From positions 33,935 to 97,934 of the forward strand of contig CDMY01000369.1 in assembly GCA_001179505.1 (NCBI GenBank): a DNA stretch of 64,000 nt, given 5' to 3'. Below the pieces are notes generated by a model, which was given only the letters and a program-made list of their open reading frames with translations, did not search any database and was not told the DNA's origin. How positions within the stretch are numbered: the first letter of the stretch is position 1; the number at the start of each line of letters is the position of its first letter. Origin of the DNA: Vitrella brassicaformis CCMP3155. Its lineage: Eukaryota > Protista > Chromerida. Positions 23,601 to 34,481 of this stretch are shown one piece after another. A program made the position numbers and the translations under genes.

Positions 23601-24363
23601 TTTTTTCTCCAACAGAGATTTTGCGGGGCGAGCAACCCCAACATCTCCAATGGCCTTCAGGAGAAGGTCTTTTAAGCCAACAGACGTTTCATGATCGAAT
23701 CGCACAACTACGAAACAAGCTGGTCGACAACACAAGCCCACCACGCCTTGACCGGCAGGAAGAAACAATAGATTGCACTAGAGGAGCTTTCGAGAAAGAG
23801 CCTGCATTTTCTCGACGCTGCACATTCTCAAGGGAAGAGAGGAGCGAACAAGATTACAGGCCGACCGACAAGGTGAGAGAAATAGATTATTCCTCGCTGG
23901 AACCCGTGTCTATGTGGATTTCTGCCCATCTGTTGGTTAGATATCCTCAGAGGAGCTGCAGAGAATCAGGTGCCATCTCTCTTCCCTGAGAGAGGCTCAG
24001 AGAAGCCTGGACGATCGCACGACCAATCTGGAGAAAGATATTCTGAGGAGAGGCGACATGGATGATACCACTCGGCAGAGGACCTACAACACACCAGTCT
24101 CCCCGTACGACGAGCCCATCGCACACCAATCCCCCGCCCCGACCTTCTCTCCTTCCACCGTAGCGACTGACCCATCGACGACTCTTGTGTCGGTGAATCT
24201 TGGCAAGACAAGGGAGAGGACACCTGGTCCTGGCCGCCATTCCAGTCACGACAGGCAGAAAAGCAAAGATAGTCGTGCAAGGGAAGGACAGGCCGGGCAG
24301 GCCCGCAACGTGCTGGTAGAAGTAGTGAGGAACTGTAGCTGGGACTCCCGGCGGGGAGAATAG
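20661..24363 (+). CDS. Highly divergent myosin motor-domain protein (probable pseudo-ATPase) with unrelated tail
   Basis: Myosin head motifs occur in order: P-loop SGPEGSGKS; LDFLG; SSFGHLCRFYVDAAGKVTGADLRTYLL; LGFS..LLSILSAIFLLG; ARHLYRRLFQWVTSQTN; LLSSSSNPVIQQLF; IFCLPP; LGIPAIV. Introns at about 20980-21034, 21838-21907, 23118-23168, 23309-23365 and 23541-23615 keep the frame. The ends are approximate. Confidence 0.75.
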
Positions 24364-24503
24364 ATTGCATGCGAGTGCACTGCGCGCGGGGGCCGCCTTG
24401 GGGGCCTTGCATGCAGACTTTCCCAGACTGCCCAACCGGGCAAATCGACAAATCGTGAGACAAGAAGCCCGTAGGACCGATCCCCTGATCCTGTGCCTTC
24501 ACC

Positions 24504-25424
24504 ATGGGACCTAAAAAGGCTGCCAAGAAGGGCGGTGGAGGAGATGAGGACCGGGATTACGACCAAGAGAACGCCGTGCTGATGTCCAGGGTAGAAACAC
24601 TCCACCACAAACTGAGTAAGGAATAAAAAGAGCCTCACCGTCACGGAGGCATCGACCTCTTTGCACCTGTCTGCCGGTTCGACAGTGATGAAGAACGAGC
24701 ACATTGCCAAGAGCCGCACAGCGTGTGAGGACTTGAGGAGGCGGCTGAGCCAGCTGGACCACCACTTTTCTGAAGAGGCCAGCCAGGGGGACAAGGCTAC
24801 CGGCGAGATGAGACGGCAGTACACAGAGATGGAGACCAACTTCCTCAAGATCATGGACAACCTACAGAAGCAGGTGGCAGACTCAAAAGACGACATCGGT
24901 GAGTCGATTGCGGTGGACACACACTGCAGGCTGAGCTTGGTATGTTCTTCTGTCTCCTATCTGTCTGTGTGTGGGCCTCCAGAGAATGTTCAGCGCACGA
25001 TAGAGACGACCCAAGTTGAAAAGGACGAGGTGATTGCAGCCAAAGACGCGGAGATTCGCCGGCTCCAGATGCAGATGGAGACCATGGCCATCGAGTTTGC
25101 TGATATGCTCAAGGTACATGCGTGGATGTGCTCAACCGATTTCCCCTGTCTCGCTCACCGACGGTGGTTTTCGTGTGCAGGAAACGCTCGACAAGATGAG
25201 TCAGCGTGTGGAGGTCACACACATAGGCTGGGACAGAGACGGGGGTGCAGGCCGTCCGCCGCTTATGAATCGTCTCAAGGAGTTTGCACTGCTTTCAACT
25301 CCACCAGGTACATGGCTGGCCGCACCCATGACAGGCCACCCTGTGTGCCATGCGTGTTTGGTGTTGTTTGCTGGCCAGATCGTTCTGTGCCTGTGAGTGC
25401 CGTTCCCCAGCGGATTCAGATTAA
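24504..25424 (+). CDS. CCDC153: Dynein regulatory complex subunit 12 / CCDC153-like coiled-coil protein
   Basis: MGPKKAAKK start; EMRRQYTEME, KDAEIRRLQMQMETMAIEFADMLKETLDKM family pattern. The last exon is approximate. Confidence 0.75.
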
Positions 25425-25816
25425 TCCACCTGCTGGTGCTGCTGAAGAGGCTCAGGCCATCGCCGATGGCGAGGCTCATGAAGACAAGGAGCACTCTGCG
25501 GTTGAATGATGTATGGATGGATTCACGGATGAGGGGCCCACACGCAATTCTTTCTGGCTCAAGCTGCTCCCATGGGCAACGTGCGGTACCTAAATCGATG
25601 GATTTGGTCATGCAACCTTCAGTTCATTGACATTCGTCTGTCGTGTCCGATGTCTGTGTGTTTGTCTGCTTGTGGGTCAGTCATTCAGTCAGTGTTTGTT
25701 GGTCATTCATGGTCCGTCTCTTCAGATTCTCCGGTTCACTTGGCGCCCTGCATGAGTGGCCGCTCCTCGTCAGCACTCGGCTCTGCACACACCCATACAC
25801 TCATCACATGTGTGTG

Positions 25817-26681
25817 TTACTCTGTGTCTCCTCCCCTGCCTCCCTCGCTTGTGAATGTGTTGCTGATCGTCCGACCGGCGGCCGCCAGTTGTGTGCCGAC
25901 CCATCTCACGCCCAGCATGACCTGCGCTCGCATCTCCTTGGCCAGTTGTGCGTCGTTCGCCTTGGGCCACTGCGGCACCAGCAGAGACAACGTCACACAG
26001 CACACACCGAACGCCAGCAACACAACCAGACTCCCCCACAACACAACTACACGAGACACGCACACACACAGAGTGACGGACAAAATGGATGGATGTGTCG
26101 TGTGGGTGTGTTGGCACACCTACCCTTGTTGATGAGTGGGATTGTGTTTGCTGGGTGCACAAAGGCGACGACGTTCACACAGGCGAGGGACGACACGAGG
26201 ACAGACGCCACACAGGTCAGCGCCGCACAGGCCATCACCTTGTCTGCCCGCGTTGCCTCCATGCCCTCATCCGCATCTGAGTGATCATGATATGATAACC
26301 ACACACACTCTCTATGGCTGTCTGTCTGTCTGCAACTGTCTGTCTGAGCGACCTACGTTTGTTTGTAGTCTTGATGATCCTCCCGGCCAGGAATGACAGT
26401 GCGTTGGGTCGGATGAAGAGGCAGGCCGCCACCACGCCGGCCGACGCCACACAGACGAGCAGATCGACCACAACAAACGCCAACACCTGCAGGCACAGAT
26501 GGATGGACAAATGAACGAATCGTTCAAGCAGCTGAGGCTGGCTGCCTGCAATTAGACGCACCGGTCCATTGAGATCGAGTAGGATGGTCGCCACGTCGAG
26601 GACACATTTGAGACACGCAGTGATGGTCAGGGCATAGGCAGCTGTGGTGAGGTGGCCGGCCAGCCTCTGCTGTGTCTCCAT
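25817..26681 (-). CDS. Hypothetical multi-pass membrane protein
   Basis: Three ORF segments carry about 4 hydrophobic helices (LQVLAFVVVDLLVCVASAGVVAACLFI; ALTCVASVLVSSLACVNVVAFV; VVLWGSLVVLLAFGVCCVTLSLLV). No family was recognised. Confidence 0.45.
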
Positions 26682-26899
26682 CCTGCTGATTGACCTCTGT
26701 CTGTCGCTCTGCCAGTCAGTCGGTCACTTCAACCGAAGAGACGCTTTCTTCTGTCAACGTGTACAATAAAGTACGTAGATGCATGTACGTGTCTGTACAT
26801 GTACACGCAGCTGGGCACAACGCTCGCGATCGACCCTCAATCATGCGCTCATCTATTCACGTCTGCCTGCCTGCTTCTGTCTGTCTGTCTGTCTGTCTG

Positions 26900-29649
26900 T
26901 CACTGTGTGTGGAAGGACTTCTCATAGAAGTCCGGTGCGCATGAGGTGACCGTCTTTGTCTGCAGGTACTCCATGAATCCCTCCCTGCCGCACTCGCGCC
27001 CGAAGCCTGACTGCTTGTAACCGCCGAACGGCTGCTCCTGGAACACTGGCTGCAGCGCAGCCGGGCAATACACATATGTACATGCAGGTGAGGCACGTGA
27101 TGTGATTGTGGTTGGTTGACAGACAGACTGACTGACCTGCGAGCAGTTCTGCCACACCTGACCTGCCTCTAGCGCCGATGTCACCCTGCATGAGCACCGC
27201 ACAGGTACGCATCCATACTCATCTCCTGCATATGATTCGCACGCACCTATCTTTTCTCTGTGGATCTCGTGTCATGACAGCTGCGGCGAGACCATACTCC
27301 GTCGCGTTGGCCTCCTACGCACATGAAACACATCCACACGCATGGTTGGCTGCAGGTAGGTGTATGTCTGCAGGTCACCTACCTCAATCCCCTCTTCTTC
27401 TGTCTTGAAGGGCCGGACGCACAGCACCGGTCCGAATATTTCCTCTTGCCACAGCCGCGATTGCGTCGGCACGTCTTTGTATATGGTGGGCTGATCCACA
27501 CATGACACACACACATACAGGGAGGATCGGGTGGCGTCGCGTCCATGCCAAACAGACGAAAGCGTACCTTTACGAAGTACCCCTGCTGCAGCCCCTCCGG
27601 TCTTTGTGTGTCGCCGCCCACCACAGAGGTGAGACCCTCAGCGGCAGCCGCCTCGATGAATCGCAACACCTGCACGTACAGAAAAGCGGAAAGTGCACAT
27701 CGCGCCGATGACTAGAAGCAATACAGGTGGGAATACCTTTTGGTATTGCTGTTCCGATATGATGGGCCCCACAGTGACGTTTTCGTCAGAAGCGGGACCT
27801 GACCAACAGACACGAGAAGTAAGGGCAGAAGGGACTCTTGGCTGTGCTGTGTGTGCAGATCCTACCGACGATTAGTTTGGCTGCCGCCTCCTTCAGCTTG
27901 GTCAGCAGCTGCAGCGGACACACAGACACAGAGGCGCCTGTGTGTAGCTGTCGACCACTCATCAACTCATCTGACACACCTTGTCATAGACAGACTCGTG
28001 CACCAGCAACCGGCTTGTCGCGCTGAAATGGCCAAGGAAGGAGCGCATGGGTACGTGACAGTCTCGTCCATCCATCCGTACGTATGACCATACCTGCAGA
28101 CCTGTCCCGTGCCCCAGAAGATGCCCGTCATGATCCAATCTGCACCGATGCAGGGGCAGAGAAGGGGCTGGGACGAGTGCACTCGTGCGTGCTTCTCTGT
28201 CTGTCTTTGCTCACCGACGACAGCGTCCAGGTTGACATCGTCGAAGACAAGCATGGGAGACTTGCCGCCCAGCTCCAAATGCACCGGCTGACCGACAGAC
28301 GGACAGGGTAGAACAACGAGCCATCACATCAGATCACGTGTCAGGCTGGCACGAAAGCGCGGTCACCTTCAGGCCTTCAGCTGCGGTCTTCATTATCTGC
28401 CTTCCTGTAGTAGGCCGGCAGCGCAGAGAATCGATGTCGCAGTGGATATGTGAGTGCATGTCAATCGCGTACCCGTGGCAACCGATCCCGTGAACGAGAC
28501 CTTCCGAACTAGTGGGTGTGCCACGATGGCAGCACCAGTAGACGGCCCCAAGCCCGTGAGCACATTGAACACACCGGGAGGCAGCTCCGCTTCATTGCAC
28601 AGAGCAGCGAACTCTGCACGAACAGCACGAGTAAATTAAGGCGGCTGTGCCGGTCCGCGCTTACCTACGCAAGTGAAGCTGGCATATTCGGAAGGCTTCA
28701 GGACACACGTGCACCCAGCTGCATTCAGACACCGCACCGCACCCATCCACAGACAGGCAGCATCATGATGTGTATCTATGTGGTCACCTGCGAGTGCCGA
28801 TGCGATCTTTTGGGTGGCCATGAGCAGGGGATAGTTCCAGGGAGCTGCAGCCGATCGCAGAATGATCGCATGTATACGCATGGAGCTGCGTGTCGTCGTA
28901 CTTATGAGTCCCACGACTCCAATCGGCTCGTAGATGACATGCGCCTCATAGTCAGAGGACGGGATGGACACAGAGTGCGTCGCCGACCTGCACTCAGCCC
29001 GCCCACATACGGGTCTCTCTCTCCCTTCTCTGCTTATGTGTCAGCCGTCGGTTTCTCACTTTTCCAGTTCCCTTGCGAGCGTCGCGTTGTATCTGAGCCC
29101 GGAAGCGACGGTCTCCATGTCGACCACACTCTCGCGCATCGGCTTCCCTGACGCGTGACATGCAACAGACAAGGGACGCCAACAGGCAAGTGGTGGCCAC
29201 ACACGTCATTCCTGTTTGCTGCGTGGCGTGATACCGCAGTCCCATGATTCGATGGCCGCCAGCTTCTGCACGTTGTCCTCAACGAGCTTGGCAATGCGAT
29301 CGAGATACTCCGCCCGCTGAGATCCCGGCGTGGCTGCCCAGGATGCCTTTGCACGGTGAGCACACTGCACGCACATAAACACACTCATGCGATGAATTGA
29401 TGAGTGCATCTAGTGCATCTTCCCTCTCACCTTGACGGCCGCATCTACATCCTCTTTGGAAGCTTTGGGCAGGGTGGCCATCAGATCGGCTGTGGCTGGG
29501 TCGTGTGTGTTGAATGTGTCGGTGCCGAGGGATGGGTGGAACTGGCCGCCGTAGAACAGACACTTTCCCTGCAGCACCAGGGGCGTGTACGGCATCGACT
29601 GCAGGAGGCGGGGCAGCGCTGGCACCTTCATCCCGCTGCTTCGTTGCAT
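26900..29649 (-). CDS. Aldehyde dehydrogenase, betaine/aminoaldehyde dehydrogenase (ALDH10)-like
   Basis: [40 protein letters not shown] (catalytic Cys), EEIFGPVL and [13 protein letters not shown] across multiple exons. Confidence 0.92.
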
Positions 29650-29680
29650 CGATGAGTCCAACGCGGCCTGCCAGATCTGA

Positions 29681-29701
29681 TTGCGAGCTTGATTGCGAGC
29701 T
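29681..29701 (+). promoter_or_regulatory. Tandem TTGCGAGCT pair in the ALDH/CFAP206 bidirectional promoter
   Basis: GATTGCGAGCT is repeated directly between the two start codons. Confidence 0.55.
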
Positions 29702-29769
29702 AAGCTTGCCTTCGTCGCAGATTTTGCAGAGGTTTGTTGGCTTCACAGACTCGGCAACAAGTTGCGAAG

Positions 29770-32503
29770 ATGGTTCTGATCAGCCTGAGCGTTGTCACGC
29801 GTGAAATAGTGACTCTATGCAGACAGCTCGGACAGGCGGTACGATAGGCGGGGGAAGCATGGAAGACGAATCACACTGAATCGTGTGTGTACTCAGGTGT
29901 CGGAGGCGTATGCAGCGTATGTGGCGACAACGCTCCTCAACCCAGCAACAGGCATGCACATTCATGGGAAAACAGAGAGAGGGAGAGAGATACAGACAGA
30001 CAGACAGACAGACAAGCGAAATGGGGCCTCATCGAGTCATGTTGTTTCAGGCACCTTTTACGTGGACAAGCCTTTGGATGAGCCCCTGGCCAGGGCCCTC
30101 ATCGAGGGGGCGGTGCAGCAGATTTTCGCCAAGGGCGACCCGCACACTGAGATCTTCCGTCTCCAGGCCACCTATGACAGCACATTCCTCGACCTGCAGC
30201 AGAAGCTCACCGCCTACCAAAACACCGTGGAAGACTTTGAGGCCAACCTCATTACCAACATTGCGGACTCCTTCACAGAGAGCCGCAACGCGTCCACGAG
30301 CGAGGGGCTTGAGGCGCACGCCACTGTCTACAAGAAGGTCTACCGGCTGCTGCTCTCCCGCGCGGGCCATCTGGAGCCGCTGACCTTCGACGGGACACCG
30401 AGTGGCGGAATGCATGTGCGGCACCCATCGCCTAAGCCCAAGAGCACCGGCGCGGTGGAAAGGGAGGTCGCAGCTGCTCTCGAATCGGTCTTCCCGCGTC
30501 TCGGCTTGCGTGCGTTCCTTTCTCTCACTCCTGGGGAGAGAGCCACGCAACTGGGTGAGCTGGGCAACATTGTGCTGGGCATTCGGCTGTTCAACCAGAA
30601 TCTGGGCAAGGGCGGGGCGGGCTTGCCCGTCCTTGACGACAGCACCTGGCCGGAGGAGGCCCGGGGTTTCGAGAAGGAGCTTCAGAGGGAGCTTGACCAG
30701 ACAGAGGGCGTGTGTCAGGACCTAGTGGAGGTGTTGCTGTACACCAAAGGCAAGGAATTCACCGTGACAGATGAGGACGACAAACAGGAGGCGGACAAGC
30801 TCGTGATCGAGCCGTCTTCCCGCATCCGGCAGCTCATGTACACGCGCCAGATGCAGGCCTACCTCGGCAGCCTCCTGGAGGAGGTCTCTGGGGCAGTGGA
30901 TGCGCTGTCCGGCAGCCAGCAGGAGTTCCTGCAGGAGCTGCAGGAGCTGAAGATCAGCGTGGGGGCCAAGACGTCCGTGCCCAAAGAGCTGGTGTACCCC
31001 AAGTTCGACACGCTCGCCCGACTCTTCCGTGTCTGCCTCAGCCACAGGAACGTCGTCAACTCAAGGTGAGTGACCAGACTCTTGTATCCGGGTCTTGTGC
31101 TTCTACGGAAATCCCTGCGCGTGCATGCAGGAGCCCATTGTTGAAGCTCCTGCGGGCTCAGCGTAGGGACTACTTTCCGGAGGTGCCGCGAGGGTTGCTC
31201 GACGCTGCGGCTGCCGCAAAGGTGACTGACACAGGAACACGTGTATGTGAGATCAGTCATCTGTGCCCTCCCTGTCCTTGCTGCATGCATCTGCATCAGG
31301 TGGACATGTCTCCTGCGGAAGCATTCAGGCAGCAAGTCGGAAAGGTAAGGCTGGTTGGCGGCCCGAGAAGCGACCAACAGACTCTTGCTTGCGCTTCATT
31401 CTGCTTCTTTCTTTGTCGCAGGAGGACGCCTTGCCCGAGTTGCCAGAGGGCACCGAGGCGCTGGAGACACCCGTGCGGCTGACTATGGAAAACACACCTG
31501 ACTTCATGCAGCTGCCATTGGACTTCCAAGTAGGGGCTTGCTTGCTTTGCTGCACCAAGGAAGGCAGCGCAGCATCACTGTGTGCGTGTGTGTCATGGGT
31601 GCAGGGTTTCTGTGTGTGGTGTCTTGTAAGGCGGAGTGGCATTCTTGTGCCGGGCAATCCCTCACTGGGGGTGGTGCGATACAAGGTACGTACGGTGACC
31701 AGAGTACATGCATCCTGCCATTCTGTCTCTGATCTGGCTGGATATCGTGTTGTTGCATGTCAGGGTCGGTTCTGTGTGGTGTCTCACGAGAAGGCCCTGG
31801 AGGAGTTCCTGCAGGCGCCCGAGCGGTTCTTCATCGGCATCAGGGCTGTCTGTCTGGCGCACCCCCAGCTCATCCACCTGCTGAGACTACACGAGGACTT
31901 CCCAAAGTCAGTAGGCTTACCTACTGGCATTAGGACGCCGTCCCTCGCTCATGTCTCCTTTCTCTTTCTGTGCGTGCAGGTCATCTCTGACGACCATCCT
32001 TGAGAAGCTCAGCGAGGGTGCGGCTGGGGTGTCTCTCGCACAGTCCATGCAGGCTGACGCCGCCACCATGACGCCGACCCATTTCGTCGAGTCACACATC
32101 GACCGGTATTCAAGAAAGATCCCATGACGGCCGTTTCTTCCGTCTGATGTTTTGCGGTGGGCTGCAGCAACTATGAGTGGAACGAGTGGAAGCTGCGCGG
32201 CACAGCGCTGCACTACGCCGACATCATGAACAAGACCACCATGTCCACACAGACCAACGGCTCCAACTTCAGGTCAACCAACCCCCAGAGACACACCACA
32301 AGACCCCACACACTAATGCGCTTTCTTCCTCTGCCTTTCACCAGGCGTGAGGCGGAGACGCAGGTGTGGCCCCCCCGGGACACGTCGACCAACACATTGC
32401 AGAACCGCGGCACCAACCCCCCGAGGCACCACAGGTATCTGCGGGGGCTGCGGGGCCACAAGGAGGACAGACTCAAGGTGGTCGACCTCAAGTTCGAACT
32501 CTG
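29770..32503 (+). CDS. CFAP206: Cilia- and flagella-associated protein 206
   Basis: REIVTLC..VSEAYAAYV..LLNP; QLGELGNIVLGIRLFN; TSVPKELVYPKF; GILVPGNPSLG; YEWNEWKLR; STQT..SNFRREAETQV. Confidence 0.9.
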
Positions 32504-33070
32504 ATCATGGATGGCCTCACGGATGGATGGGCGGGGGTGGATGTGTGTGGTCGATTGTGTGTGGCGGAGGGATTTCTTCGGGATTGTTTGTTGGTTCATT
32601 AATTCAATTGCTGTTCGTGTTCATGTTAGACTCCACTTAACGGATGGGTGCATGGAAGTGCTGTCTGTCTCCTGGTGTGGCGACGGTGTGTGCCCTCGGT
32701 ACCATCAATCATCATACTACCATGTCTCTCTCCTCCCTCCTCTGCTTCCCTGCCCCGATTCCCTCCCACCCGTCTGTAGCCAAACACAGCCGACCAGACA
32801 GCCAGGCAGATCAGCAAAGAGAGAGAAAAAGACGATGCCTAACTCTGGGGGTAGCCACCATTCGGTAGCAAGGTAGCAAGGCAGGAGCAGCAGAGACGGT
32901 ACTACTCTGCAAACAACTGAGGCGGGAGAATGAGTGTATTACTGCGCTACTCGTACGTACGTCTACTAGCACGAAGCAAGTGCAGCTAGCTACAAAGAGG
33001 ACAGTAGACAGACAGGTGCACTCGGGCAGACAGTCAGTCACTAAAGCAGCTTGGTGTGGGGCCGGACCGT

Positions 33071-33956
33071 TCACTCGAGGAAGGCAGCAGGGATGTGCTC
33101 GGGGTCATCCTGGGGCTTCTCGGCTAAAAATCAATCAGAGACATGACATCAGTGGGCATATAGAGGTCTTTGCCGACAAGCGTACCTCCGCAGCAGAGGT
33201 ACTTCTCGCCGTCTTCGAATTCGGTGATGTCCTTGATGATGGTCTTCATGTTCTGCTTGTAGATCTTGCGGATCACCCCGCTCTTGGGGCTGCAGCCCGA
33301 CTTGCCCGCCTCAGCAACGAACTGCAAACATCAAGAAACGATCACACCATCAATGAGGTGGCTTGTCAAGTAGGTGTCCTCCATCCAGCCTACCTGTTCC
33401 ACGTTCCGGATGGTCTTCTTGACGATGAACTTGACGCCCTTGAAGTGCTTGTCACCGTTCCTGTAGAGCCAAATGGTGATGGGTGTCTCAGCTTGGGTGC
33501 CGAACTTCTGCTGGCCAAGGGCGCCCTGCACCACTGGCTTGCGCCCGGCACGCTCGACCTTTCTCACACACACACACACAGACAGACCCACACGCAGACA
33601 CACATGCAGAGAAAGGCGTCTAGCACCCCAAGGGGTCGTTGCCTACATGGTCGACTGTCTTCTCCACGGCGTGGCGGCGGGCAGAAGATTCGGTGGAGCC
33701 GTCAATGTTGACCAGCTCCTCCCGACCAGCAATCCCTCGCCCCTTACCGCCCTCGTCGAAACGGTGCTTATGGGCACCCTGATATACAGACCACCAAGAA
33801 CAGCAAGCAGAAGAGAGGCGTGGGGGTTGGAGGAAAGGTGGCAAGAAGGGCAGAACGGGGCCCCCGCTGACCAGCGCTGTGTGTTACCGTGTATTGGGTG
33901 TGGTCGGTGAGCCTGTCGAAGATGCTCTGCTTCTCGGGGCTCTTCCTTCCCGACAT
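33071..33956 (-). CDS. Apicortin (partial p25alpha + DCX domain microtubule-binding protein)
   Basis: [32 protein letters not shown] is the p25alpha C-terminal GxGxGxxGR motif, followed by the DCX domain IWLYRNGDKHFKGVKF...RKIY...EDGEKYLCCG. The final splice junction is uncertain. Confidence 0.9.
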
Positions 33957-34135
33957 CGTTGGTCTCAGTGGGGGGTGGTACGCTCGACGATGGCCGGTCG
34001 ATTTCTTTTGGGTCCTTGCTATTCACAAGAGGGTAGGATATGTACAGCGTGGGGTGAGCAAACTTTCGAGAAACACCCACAACTTGAAGATCGGAGACAG
34101 GGGGAAGCGCGCCGCCCCCATGAGCCCCCCCCCCC

Positions 34136-34435
34136 NNNNNNNNNNNNNNNNNNNNNNNNNNNNNNNNNNNNNNNNNNNNNNNNNNNNNNNNNNNNNNNNN
34201 NNNNNNNNNNNNNNNNNNNNNNNNNNNNNNNNNNNNNNNNNNNNNNNNNNNNNNNNNNNNNNNNNNNNNNNNNNNNNNNNNNNNNNNNNNNNNNNNNNNN
34301 NNNNNNNNNNNNNNNNNNNNNNNNNNNNNNNNNNNNNNNNNNNNNNNNNNNNNNNNNNNNNNNNNNNNNNNNNNNNNNNNNNNNNNNNNNNNNNNNNNNN
34401 NNNNNNNNNNNNNNNNNNNNNNNNNNNNNNNNNNN
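34136..34435. other. Assembly gap (300 N), probably spurious
   Basis: Both flanks carry the same CGCGCCGCCCCCATGAG+poly-C sequence. Confidence 0.95.
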
Positions 34436-34481
34436 CGCGCCGCCCCCATGAGCCCCCCCCCCCCGGTTACTCTCGGAAACG

